Origin: Geosiphon pyriformis uo1
Taxonomy: Eukaryota > Fungi > Glomeromycota
Reading direction: 5' to 3'
NCBI GenBank assembly: GCA_016748015.1
Contig: JAAOMT010000710.1
Location: forward strand, 124,001-188,000
DNA length: 64,000 nucleotides
The position numbers and the translations under genes are program-made. The notes under the pieces are model-generated. The model ran no database searches. It was not told the origin of the DNA and saw only the letters and a program-made list of their open reading frames with translations. This document shows positions 52,301 through 64,000 of this stretch, piece after piece; within the stretch, counting starts at the first letter, position 1, and each line of letters begins with the position of its first letter.

Positions 52301-54809
52301 TTGCACTGTGCCTCGGTCAGCAATAAATGATTCTTCAGCAGAGTGACGCAGGAGACTGCATAAGTGTTAATTACATTAAGGATGAATATTTATTTATATA
52401 CTGCAATTTATAATATCTGATTCAAGGATATTTTTTTGTATCTCCTAATTCTTTAAGGCACGCGGCATACTTGATTAAGAGGGTAGTTTCAATCAATGTC
52501 CAACCATGCTCAGCATACCGAGTGGGTAGATTTTCCATTAATACAGCAGCATCCTCATATTTTTTACGATGACTATTAGTTGATAGATGTTATAGAAGTT
52601 TAATAGAAATATTCCGATAAAATATTTTAAAGCCTATATGAAAAAAACCCAACTCGAACAAAATAACTTTGAAGGGTAAAAATGGTTTCTTACAATTGGA
52701 GAGCGGCAACATCACCTTGTAATCGTAGCAAGCTTCGCGTTCGAGTACTTCCTTCGTAAGCCCTAAGAGCCTTATTAGTTTGCGACTGGAAGTTTCCATT
52801 TCATGATAGAGATATAGTGAGAATATTTTTCAAAATTGGTGGCTTTTTTCTCTTGGAATATATCTTAAGCCAATATACTAATTTTTTACTCGCCAAATAG
52901 AGATGATCGAAGGCTTCCGCCGAGTCAAGTGCACTCAATAATAGGGGGTTTGTAATGGAAGACTTCTTTTTGGGTTCACCCTCAATTAAATTCGATGATT
53001 GGGTTGGAAAATGACTTAAAGCCGTTACAAACGGAATATCTGATGGGAGATGTTCATAAAATATACCCAGCTTGTCCAACTAAAGTTTAGCAAGAAATCT
53101 CTAATCAGCTAAATTACATAGATTTCCAGACAATTCTAATATTATACTAAGAATAAAATACCTGTTTCCTAGCCAAATCCAACAATCCCGATTTAGCTGT
53201 GTTGAATTCATTTAAGAAAGCTTCATCTGTATCTCTTAAAGAAGCTACAGCCAATTCTTCACATTCATTGACCACAGTCAAGCATGAAGAAAATATCCAT
53301 GATTCCAAAAAGTGTTCGCCAATATTTTCCTTACTATTTTGTATCGATCTCGCAAAAGATGAAATAAATAATTGAGCTCGTTGACATATTTCTACAGGTC
53401 TGTGTAATCGGCCCAATAATTGACATTGCCTAGCAAACAGATAACTTCGGAAATCAAATACAGATATCGTATTTTGCATAATCAAATCACGATAGGGCTT
53501 TTTTTTGACATCTAAAATGTCGGCACTGTCATCACAAGGCTCAGTGCCACCAAAACGTCCAAACCAGGCCAACGCTCTATCTAAAATCAGTAGATATACA
53601 TAAATTCAAGATATTTATTATATATATATATATGAAAACCATTCAAAAATACCTCTTAGTACTTGAAAAAAGGAAGCCTCTAGCTCATCATATTGAAGTA
53701 AAGCATCTTCATACAAATTCATTATTTCAAAAGACTGGGCTAACACTTCCTGTATAAAAGGGTAGAATATAGTAAGTATCAATTCTGAAATCAAATTTTA
53801 GAGTGTATCTATAGCTATTTGGATCAGCCCATGAAATTCCAATTAATAATACCTTTAAAATAAAAAACGTACAATAATTCCAGCCAGGTTTGGTTCTTTG
53901 GGCATCCATTCGACGTATATCATCCTCATATTGAATTACGTGCTGATCAAAACTACTCAAAATACCCTCCTTAAGTTTTGCTATAAATTCTTGCCAAGCC
54001 TCAAGATCTTCGGTATCGTTGTCAGATAGGCGTAATTGGACACATCTAGTCGACAAATGTGGTTACTTACAGAATTCAAAACTCGAATTACACAAGAAGT
54101 TGTTAAATCATAAGTAACATGCCTATCACGTCTGGAGGTATTAAAATCTGCTTTTATTTTATCAAACACAGTTCCTTTCATATTAAAATACTTTGCAGCC
54201 GCGTTTCTAATTGTGTCATGTTTAGTGACATATACAATTAGCCATTCTTGATTCTTTTTGGAAGAGACAGTGGTATGCCAGTCTCGGATCTGTTTTCGAA
54301 CAGTTTGTCGATATGTTTCGTTATCCTGGATGGGCGATTACAAGTATGATGTAAAAATCTTTAATTTATTATTAATTGTAATTTCGATTAAATAAATTCA
54401 ACCTTAAACTTGGCTTGTGAGCATTCATTTACAAGTAATATTTTATAATGAAACTTGAATTTGGGGGCACCACTTACATCACAATTTACGAAATATAAAT
54501 TCAAATATGGCTTTTCAAGCAGCGACACTGGCATCATGTGCTGCTTCTCATTTGTTTCAGTTGTGAGACGTTTAAGCTCTATACCCAAAGTATGTATAGT
54601 ACGAACCGGCCTATTGGCTGATTTCCATTGCAGGTTTCGCAGTGGAAGATGATTAGGAAAACCCTCTGCGACCATTTGCCACAAGTTAAACTCATCAGTA
54701 TCTTTAAGGAAAAGAATTGGGATGATATAAGCACGCGGCCTTATTTATTCTATTGGGAAAGCGACACTGAAACCCGCTTACAAGTTATTGTAACCTTCTT
54801 TCCATCCAT
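49321..54809 (-). CDS. TRS130: TRAPP II subunit Trs130/TRAPPC10, many exons
   Basis: LPLRNLQWK, PYLNLYFVNCD, VFDKIKADFN..DRCVQL, PGWNYCTFFILKE, DALLQYDELEASF, FDFRSYLFARQ, WLLSG, LVPLKTGHLLVP. Confidence 0.95.
52364..52431 (-). other. U12-type AT-AC intron in TRS130
   Basis: 5' site ATATCCTTG, branch TCCTTAAT 11 nt before the intron end, terminal AC. Splicing gives in-frame LGDTKNYAVSC. Confidence 0.88.
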
Positions 54810-55420
54810 GTCGCAATAAAAGTTATATTTTTATTGACGAAAAATTTAGATCGTCAGGGAGAACTTAGTTTTAATTTGTAAGTTCCAATTGGATGATCTC
54901 TGTTCATTGGCAAAAAATAAATATACTAATCTGCAGGCAGCCTATAAAGTTCATTGGGCTACACAGAACACCAAGTGACTCATGTTAGAAGATTTAATGA
55001 GAAAATAATTATTTCATTGAATCTTGCTCTCTGATTTATCAGTATTCTTGGAATTGAGTTACAAATCTATTCTTAAATTATCTACCCTGATTTTTAGCCC
55101 AAATAAATTATTGTCAGGGATAAATAATTCCAGCCCAAATATCAATATTCTAGTAAGAATCAAAAATACTGCTAGAAGAATGACAATGTTCGTCAGTAAT
55201 AAATTTCAAATTTGAAATCTGATATCACTCTACCTTTCTCGTGATTTACATTATACTGAGCTTTGCAAAAATTTGGGCATGTGACCAGCTCAGATCCTTC
55301 AAGATAAAATCTCAAAGATTTGCCAGTCCGATCCTCATCCCTAAATTTAAAAGGGCAAACAGCAACTTGTACCAATACATATCATTGAAAGGCTCCAGTG
55401 TTCATAAATATATATCACCT

Positions 55421-56491
55421 TTATACTCGCAAGCGATCTTCAATTTCTTTTTTGGTAACCTCAATCAAATTATCCTGATCCTCTTTTTTGGCATTAAATC
55501 GTATTAAATTCGCTTGATTGAAAGGGTTTTCAGGAGATTTCTAAAAATTTAAATTTAGAAGGAGAAAATTTATTTCAAAAAATCAATAAGATAGGCTGTA
55601 CCTGAAAGTCTTTGTAAAGAATGTCTCGCAACTGAGTATAGCGCAATCCAGGATTTTCTTTTTTGAGCTTTGGCATTTCTCGCTCTTCATATGCAACCAA
55701 TGCAGCCTGAATGTAAAATATAAATGTTTAATCAAAACCAATTGTTTCATTTTTGGTTAATAAGAAAATATATACGTCAAACCTTAAAACGTCTTTCAGG
55801 ATGTCGTTCTATTGCCACGGTTGTAAGAGGAGCGCTACCAGCGGTAGCCGAACCCCTGCTCGTCAAGGTGGTTTCCGTAGTTACGCTAAGTAAGTCTAAG
55901 GCATCCTCAATATTAGTCGCAGTAAATTCAGGAATCTCACGCCTTTCTGTTGCAGCTTCTTCAACTTTTTGAGTCCGCTTGATAGCTTTTTTCTGATTTT
56001 TAAAATAAAAGTATGGAGCAGCTATGTAAAGATGATTAAATAAAAAGGGTATAGAAACCATCTCACCTCTTCCCCAGTTATCGGTATTTTAATGAGTGGC
56101 TTACTCTTTCCAGCTTCCTTCTCTTCTTTTTCTAAAAGGCTTGTTTTTTCGAGTTTTTTGGCTATTTGGGCTTCCTAGAATTTAAAGATGATTCCTTCTT
56201 TTGGGAAATAAATTTAATCACTGTGCTTTCCAAAAATCATTTACTTTTTTCAAGCGTTGGGCCTCCTTTTTGGAGGAGTCTTTGGTTCCTATGGTCCAAT
56301 CTTCCGTTTCTTGGCGCTCCTTTTCTGCTAACCGTTGCGAAGTCAGCTCTTGTTGATGAGCAGCCTTGCGTTCTTTGGCCGCAGTTACTGAAAGAGTGAA
56401 ATACAAAAATAAGTTGTGATTTTGAAATCCTAGACATATTCAACTTTGATGTCTGACCTTTTGAGTTTTCGCCCTTGAACTTCTTGGGCAT
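55421..56491 (-). CDS. CCDC124: CCDC124/Lso2/Oxs1-family protein
   Basis: MPKKFKGENSKVTAAKERKA, IEDALDLL, IERHPERRFKAALVAYEE, ENPGLRYTQL, KSPENPFNQ across six GT-AG exons. Confidence 0.93.
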
Positions 56492-56552
56492 CGCTAAACA
56501 GAAGTTAAACAAACTATGATTTAAGGAAATTGACTTCAAAAACTTATATGAA

Positions 56553-59293
56553 TGTTATCAGTTGGAACAGGATTTGAGTTGATTCGGAATCAACTTAAGT
56601 TGATTTGGGATTCTAATTTAACTTGAGTTAATTCGGAATCCTTAATTCAACTTAACCAATTACATTATTTGGTTAATTGGCCAGTAAAAAGTTTTCCTTT
56701 CATTAGCCAATCAAAAAAATCAAAGTTTTGATATTTGACGCGTTTTTTTATTATCATCTCTAATAATTCTAAGCATTGTTACTGCCACCATAACATCGTG
56801 GATTACATAAAACTCTGGCTTTTTTGTAATTACAATAATTAGTTCTACAGCTTTTTTTACAATTGCATTGATAACCTGTTATTTCCCTTTAATTTTGGCA
56901 TAAGACTGCTTTACATAAAAAAATAAAAGTGTTTGGTATTTCTCATAATTCTAAAAAATCAGTAGTCTTAGTAGATATTAACTTTGTTGTATGATAAAAA
57001 TTTATTAATATTCTTAACTTGTATTTTAGTCTATATAATTTTTTATTAACAGTTTTAATTATTTTGCAAATAAGAAGTTTCTATCAATATCTGAACAATT
57101 AATCTTTAAAATTTCAATTTACATAAAATCTTCAATCTTATAAGATATTTTCTGCTTTGAATTTTTATGCAATATTATTTTGGCATTATTAATATATTGG
57201 TTGTAAACAATTTGGTATATTTTATAATAGCCAATAAATAAATTAATAATATTATATAATATATTGTTTTGGTTATTATTATTCTATTAAAAAATACAAA
57301 ATAATATTAAAAAGTGTATATAATAAAAAATATTATCTTGTCTCTTAAAATTATAATAAAAAAACATAAGAATTATTAAAGTAAGTACTAGTATTTTTTA
57401 AAAGATTGCTTGGTTTTTTTATTCATAGCATGATTCTTTTTAATTTTTTTCAATATTATTTACTATATTATATTGTTGTTATTGGTTTAATAGTTGTTGT
57501 CACTGTTTCTGATTATTTTGCTGCAATTACTGAATATTTTGCTGCTGTTGCTAGTTATTTTATTACTCATTATTTTGCTACTGTTTTTGGTTATCTTGTT
57601 ATTATTATTTTATTGTTGCTATTAATTATTTTGTTGTCTATTATTTTGTTATTACTGCTGATTATCTTATTATACATTATCTTGTTGTTGCTGTTAATTA
57701 TCTTGTCACTTATTATTTTGTTACTGCTGTTAATTATCTTGTTACATATTATCTTGTTGTTATTGCTAATTACCTTATTACTTATTATTTTGTTTCTGTT
57801 AATTATTTTGTTATTAATTATCTTATTACTGATTATCTTATTGCCATTGCTGATTATTTTGTTGCTATAATCTGTTTTGTTATTAGTTATTATTACTTTT
57901 GATTTCTTGTTAAATTGGTTTTTTATCAGCTGATTTTATATTTAAGTTATTAAAAAAATTTTCTTCTTGTATAATTAATTGTTTAAAAAGAGACTTGAAA
58001 AAAAAATATTTCGTGTAAAGTTTTTTTCTAAACATTATTTGATAAGATAAAAAATCAATAATCACAAAAACTTTTATGTTTATTATATTTAAATATAAAA
58101 ATAAATTAGTTATTATTTAAATAATGTTTTTACATATTATTTAATACAAAATATGTGACTAATTATTAGTTTTTTTATTTTTTATCTATTTTAAAAGTTT
58201 TTGTTAAAATATATTATTTGCTTGTTTAATTAATTTTTAAGATTAAAAATATCTTGAATGTTTATTTATAATATGAATAGTTGGCTATATTTCGGTTAAT
58301 TTTTTGATTATATTAGTTATAAACTTTTTTCTATTATTAATTTAAAAAATAGTTAAAAATTCAAATATGTTAAAAAGTTAAAAAAAGAAGCTTGTTATTT
58401 TTTTTGCTTTTTTTAAAAAAAAAGCTATAGTTTAAGAAAATTTTATAAAATAATCTTAAGCATGACAAATATATTTGTAAAAATTATCTGGTTAATTATA
58501 TATATTAATCAAATTTACTTATAAATAACACATAAAGTTTTTTGCTAAAATCAGATTTGCAGTTATTAGTTAAATTAAAAATCATTACATAATATATCTA
58601 GTACAACAAAAACAAAACTGTTTTATTAAATTTTTAAACACTCAAACATATTTATCTTTAATTTATAAATAAAAATTTATTAATATCTATTTATATAAAA
58701 AATTAAATCAATATTATATATTATGTTATAAGTTTTATTCATTTTTTTATGTCTTATTTTTAAATAAAATTTACATAGTTTTTTATAAAATTATTCTTTT
58801 AAACAAACTGGTTTTTTTATTTTTTTAAGATAAAGTATATCTTGTTTTTCAACTTATACAATATAAAAAGTAGTATATACTTAATACTTCAATTTAGAAT
58901 CGAAATTTTTTCTTTTAGGTGTATTTTTTAATATCTTAATATATTAGTTTATATAATCTTAAGAAAACAAAATTTTGGCTTGTTTTTTTACTTCTAGCTA
59001 ATAAATAGCTTTTAAAAAAGTCAAAAAATGTTTTTTAAATAAGTTATTCATAATAAATAGTATTAAAAAGCCACAAAAAAACACATTAAATATTAAAACT
59101 TTGATTTTTTTAATTGGTTTATGAAAGAGAAACTTTTTACTAATTAATTAACCAAATAATATAATTGGTTGAATTGATTTGAAATTAATACAATATTAAA
59201 TTAATAATTCTAAATTAATTTAAATTTAATTAAAATCTCAAATCAATTTAAATTAATTTTAAATTAACTTAAATCTTATTCTAATTTATAACA
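56553..59293 (-). mobile_element. Ginger2/TDD-like (integrase-type DDE) DNA transposon, decayed
   Basis: ~200 bp TIRs (56553-56749 and 59075-59293) with TGT..ACA termini and a 4-bp TSD TGAA/TAAA. Internal minus-strand KRBA2/SCAND3-type integrase remnants (L*VNLINI..YKYICHA*DYFIKFS; NNRKKF = DNGKEF; IINKHSRYF*S*KLIKQAN = NGRPRHPQSQGLVERAN) and a C-terminal Cys cluster CKKSCRTNYCNYKKARVLCNPRC. Confidence 0.85.
57590..57880. repeat. Degenerate tandem repeat inside the transposon (QQDN-type repeats on the minus strand)
   Basis: Reiterated ATTATCTTGTTGCTG-like units. Confidence 0.75.
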
Positions 59294-59559
59294 TAAACAA
59301 ATTTATCTATAATTATTTAAGTTGCAATTTACAATATTAATACTTTATTATAATTTTTTAATTAAAATAAATTTTTACATATTGATTAATTACAATATTT
59401 ATTTATAAAAACAAAATTTACTTAAGTTTTTTTTTCTTGTTAATTTATGATTATAACTTAAGTAAAAAGCAAATAAAAAAAACTTTTTATAAATATTTAA
59501 AATAAATTCAAGCTTTTAATTAGTTTAAAAAAAAACAATTATAAAGTAAAAAAACTTTT

Positions 59560-60325
59560 TTTCTCCTATATCTAAAATTATTTAAAAAGCAAATTTTCAA
59601 AAAAAAGTTTTTTTTTATTGTTTTATTGTTTTATTTATTCAATATTTTTCAGACAAATAATTTTTTTATTGTAAACTTGGAAGTTGTCTTAAACAATAGT
59701 ATGTTTAAAAAAAAATATTTAAAAGTGTTTTTTATGATTCTATAAGTGGTTTTTTTTAATAATATTAAATATTTTGGTAATAAAAAGATGTTTTTTTGAT
59801 CAAGTTTAATTTTGGCAATAGTATTTATTCAAATATAAATAGTAAGTTTAACAATAGTAATGAAAATAAATTTTTGGGTTTTTTAATTAAATAGTTTGCT
59901 TTTTTGTTTAGTTTTTGAATTATAATGCTTTGAATAATTTAATTTATATAACTTTGTGTAAAAATATAATCTTTAATAATTAGTATACTAATATATTAAA
60001 AGTTTTTAAGAAGATTAAATTGGCTTAAATTTTTGTAATTATATTGATATATTACTTAATAAAAAATTATAAAATAAAAATTTGGTTATATAAATTCAAA
60101 TATAAAGTAACAATAAAAAAAAGTAGTTTAGTAACTAATTTACTTTTTGTTTTCTATAATTTATATAATCTTGTTATAAGTTTGTTAAATAATATTATTT
60201 ATTTAATAAATATTAATAAAGTTTTAACTATTAGTTTTAAATTATATAGTTAATATATGTTTTTTTTGATTTGAATAATTGTATTAATATTATAATAAAT
60301 ATATAATATAGTTAGGAATAAATAA
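59560..60325 (+). mobile_element. Highly decayed, probably internally deleted LINE fragment
   Basis: The start resembles the 5' end of the neighbouring LINE (ACAAATAATTTTTTTATTGTAAACTTGG vs ACAAATCCTTTTGTTGTTGACCTGG). The distal part reads LYITLCKNIIFNN*Y..KIWLYKFKYKVTIKKSSLV, like a LINE ORF2 C-terminus, and ends A-rich. Boundaries are approximate. Confidence 0.45.
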
Positions 60326-60329
60326 AAAA

Positions 60330-63300
60330 CTTCTTTCTTTCTTACCTCCTAAAATTCTCAAAAAGTGTATTTCGAAAGAAGTTTTTTCTGCTAATTCATA
60401 TTGTTTTCCATTACTTTACAAGAAACAAATCCTTTTGTTGTTGACCTGGCTGCTCCCATGAGTGGTACTGGTGCTAAAAAAAGGTCGACCAGAGTTCCAA
60501 CTTCTGGTTCAGTTAGTAGTGGTTCAAGTTATAAGTTCAAGAAACTTTTCGGTGGTGCTAAGCTATTAAGTAGTGGTACAACTCTCAAAGGTGATGGGTC
60601 TGGGCAAGTGGTTGAACAGTCTAATAGTATGGATACTGATAGGGAGGCTTCAGAAAGTGAAGGAATATCTGATTTCAAGATGAATACACCCCAAGCCAAG
60701 CATTTCAATAATGGTGTGATTATTGGCTTCCCCCTTGGCTCTATTAATTATGACATGGAGGAGGAAGAAGAAATTTCTCTTTCCCTTTATAAGTCTTTTT
60801 CTTTGGATAAAGCATGGATTGATTCCAAAATCATTAAGATTCAGATGGAGGTAGCTGTGAAAAAATCTTTCACTTTGAACATCAATCTTTCAGCTGTGAA
60901 AGAGAAATCGGCAATGGCTAAAACTCAAGTCATAAAAAAATTATTTTTGGGAATTAATGGTTTTGGGGGGACCACTACCCCCTCAAAATTTAAAGGGATC
61001 ATTAGATCTATCTTTACCTCTGAAGCAAGCATAAAAAAGGCCACCTCATTGGCTAAAGATAACAACATCATTGTAAACAATGTTCTCAAAAGACAAGAAG
61101 TGCATTCAGATCAGGCTGTGGTAATCAAAAAAATTCCCATGGACACGCCTAAAGAAATAATTGTCACTGCAGTATCCGAGTTTGGAGAAATTAAGTCGAT
61201 CAAAATCCAGTTAATTGGCCTATGGCAAAAGGCTATGGTGAAATTTACTGAGTTGGAACAGACTGTGTCTTTGGCTGCTAGGTAGTCTTTCCTGATTGGT
61301 AAAGATTCTGTCCATGTTGCTATGGCAGTGGAAGATTGTGATACTTGGACATCTAGAGATCAATTCAGGGTGCTTTTGTTTACTTTGTCTGTGGGAACAA
61401 CTGCCCATGATCTTGGTAATCTGTTGGATGGGGCTGGTGGGAAAACTTGCATAATCAACCATTCCTTGGAGACTGGAAATAGATTTTGCTGTGCTGTGGT
61501 TGGCTTTGAGTCTGTTGAAATGCTGGAGTCTGCTTTTCACACGAAACCAGTCCTTGGTGGTGTAAAGCTTTCTTGGGCTAGATTGAATCTGGTTTGGTGT
61601 GAGCGGTATGGAAATTTCGGTCATTTTGCTTTGGAGTGTGATGCTAAGATTGCTTCTACTTCTAAATCTTCCAAATCTTTTAAAAGAATTGTTTCTGATG
61701 AAAACCACCTCCAGTTGGCCTGATTGTATGTGAAAAAAGATGTGCCTATTTCTTGACTGGTTGCTTTTGGTGGCAAATCATGGACCCAAGTTGTCTCTCT
61801 TGCACCCTTGTCCAATAACTATTTCTTTGGTTCTGGTCCTGGTTTTGGCTCCTTTTTTTCTGGTGCCTCAGGTGTGATTGGTCCCTCTCCTCTTGTGGCT
61901 CTTACTAGTACATCTTTGGAGGCTCGTCTTGCTTCTTTAGAGTGTTCTGTGGAGCTACTTGTGGATAAGGTGTCTGGTATTGTGAGCAAACTTGAAAATT
62001 TGGTCTTGGTGCCCCTGGCTCCTACCTTTTTTTCTCGGAATTTGGTGGTCCCAGTTGTGGCGAATGTGGAGGTTGATTCAGACATGGCTCTGGATGATCC
62101 TAAGCCAGTACTGTTTTCCTCCTCTTTGGTTTTTTCTGGTACTTCAGATTTAGGTTCAAGTAGTTCAAAAATTTTGACCTCAAAAGTGGGCTGTTTGGAG
62201 TCAAAGTTGATGGCTCTTGAGACTTCAGTTTGTTCAGTTTTAAAGAAGTTAGATCAGATGTGTGCTGGCTCGGGTTCTGCGGTTTCTTTTGTATCACAAT
62301 GAATAGCTTCATGTAGAAAATTGTGACATGCAATGTCAGAAGGATGAACAATCCTGCTAAGCAAGCCGATGTTATTTATTGACACAAAGATATGAATAAT
62401 GTGATTTCTATAGTTACTGAGACAAAGTTAAGGTGTGGAGTTTGCTTTTGGATTGCTAATAGGTATTCTAGTGTACATGTTTTTGTCTCTGGCTTGGATT
62501 TGGGCTATCTCGGTTCTGGTGTAGCTATTATTATGAATGTTGCTTTGGCCAAACATGTGTATAGAATTTCTGAAGTTTCTGGTCATCTTCTTGCTATCAA
62601 ACTGCTCTTTAAGAACAAACTTTCTGTTTCCATTTTAGGTCTGTATGCTAGTGCATCTGTATCAATGTGTTTCTCACAAGCTGATGAAATAAATACTTTG
62701 ATTGCTGGTACTGTGAATGAATCTTCTTTTGTAATTTTGGGTGGTGACTTCAACGAGAATAGTTCTTGTAAGAGTGCCAGCTTCAAGAAGTGTGGTGCAT
62801 TAGGCCTGGTCAACTTTCTCGTCAATAGTGTATTTTTAAAAGCTCTAACATGGAGTAATTCTCAGGGTGTGGCAAAAACAATTGACTATCTGTTTGTGTC
62901 TCCCAATTTGGTTAATGCTATAGTGGATTGCAGTGTCCTGGATGTTAGTAAATTCTTTGATACTGACCACCAATCCATCTTGGTGTTGGTCAGTTTGGGT
63001 GGATTGTTGGACATACATCTGTGTTTACTTCACAAACAGGCCAATAGGGATCACTGGAAGTATAATTTCAAAAATGCTGATGCCACTTTGTGGTCGAAAT
63101 TCAAGGAAGCTACAGTAGCAAATACTGCCATGTTTGCTGGTGGTTTCTTAGATGCCAAAAAGCACTTGGACTTAGATGCTATATGGGACACTATTCATAG
63201 AACAATGTGTTTTTTAGCTAATGAGGTGTTTAAAAAAATTTGGTTCAAGGATTATAATGGAGTTTTCACCAAATGTTCTTCTAGATTCCATAAGTTGGAG

Positions 63301-64000
63301 CTTCTGATTTCTAAATTGGTTAAAGCTTTCTGTTCGGTTGATTATAGTGAGTTTGTTTCACTGTTTGATACTTGGAGTTCTTTTGATTCCATTAATGCAT
63401 CTGTAGTAAGATCTCTTTTTTTCTCAGGGTCTCTTTTTAACAGCATCCATTCAGTTTTGTCCAAAGTCAGGAAGTCATATTATGCATCGAAGTTGTTGAA
63501 AATAAAACGTGCTGAGAATTCTCAGATCAGGTCGACTATTAATAAAAGGATGGAGAGTTTCGAATCAAACAAAGACCATACTATCAGAAGTGTTCTAGAA
63601 CGACTTTTTCGCAAGGTGGTGTTGAATCATCTGGTTGTTGGGGATAAGATGATTTTGGAGCCTAATCCTGTCAAATCTAAGGTAAATGAGATTATGGAGG
63701 GTTGGACATAGAGATGTGGTATAGTTCTGGATGTTAATGATGATTGGTTTCGTCAATATTGACCATTGGAATATGTTTTTGATGATGCTTTTGCTGATAT
63801 TATGGGCTGTGTGAGCTTTAATAATTTGTTTAGTGTGGTTTTAGATCTGCCTGATGGTAAAGCCACTGGCCTCTCAGGCATCTCTAATGAACTGTGGAAA
63901 AATTATGACAAATCTGTTCTTAATATGCTCTTAGTGCTTATTAATTCCTGTCTCTTAAGTGAATTGATGTCTAGTGCTTGGAAGGAGGCATGGGTTTCAA
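60330..64000 (+). mobile_element. LINE (non-LTR retrotransposon), runs off the window; ORF1 60458-62302, ORF2 from 62299
   Basis: ORF1 has an RRM-like segment (SEFGEIKSIKIQLIGLWQKAMVKF) and a damaged knuckle (CERYGNFGHFALEC). ORF2 has an AP endonuclease (TCNVR, TETKL, GGDFNE, IDYLF, TDH) and the RT start (GKATGLSGISNELWK). In-frame stops fall at former TGG/CGA codons. Confidence 0.93.

Noticed and set aside
55193-55507. Short ORFs between TRS130 and CCDC124
   Set aside because: Non-ATG starts, overlap with the CCDC124 3' end/UTR, and no motifs.
57406-57870. Leu/Ile-rich ORF resembling a membrane protein
   Set aside because: Antisense reading of the decayed QQDN repeat within the transposon.
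56540-59308. Mutator-type 9-10 bp TSD (AAACTTATAT / AAATTTATCT) for the TIR element
   Set aside because: TGT..ACA termini, the 4-bp TGAA/TAAA duplication and the integrase-type transposase fit Ginger better; the longer match is probably AT-rich coincidence.

Overview
AT-rich, intron-rich eukaryotic DNA, most likely a Glomeromycotina fungus. The transposon families look Geosiphon-like; this is my inference, not a search result. The window has three zones. (1) 1-12.3 kb is a decayed transposon nest: a hAT transposase remnant interrupted by two related Ty3/gypsy elements. One is full length (2155-11966, minus strand) and carries a dUTPase, a Cys-rich insert and a possible extra 3' ORF. (2) 15.4-56.5 kb holds eight spliced host genes, all on the minus strand: NBP2-like SH3 adaptor, DEK-like protein with an HMG-box-like domain, MINDY deubiquitinase, Caprin-like protein, a large homeobox TF in a microsatellite-rich desert, a small chromodomain-like protein mostly missed by the ORF track, TRS130/TRAPPC10 and CCDC124. 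Hand-splicing reveals two U12-type (minor spliceosome) introns (one GT-AG, one AT-AC), two GC-AG introns and a 10-nt microexon. (3) 56.55-64 kb holds a Ginger2/TDD-like integrase DNA transposon whose CpG-retaining left TIR occupies the CCDC124 promoter position, followed by LINE elements. The transposons show heavy C-to-T/G-to-A decay, including at non-CpG sites. All gene models were built by eye and exon boundaries need RNA-seq confirmation.
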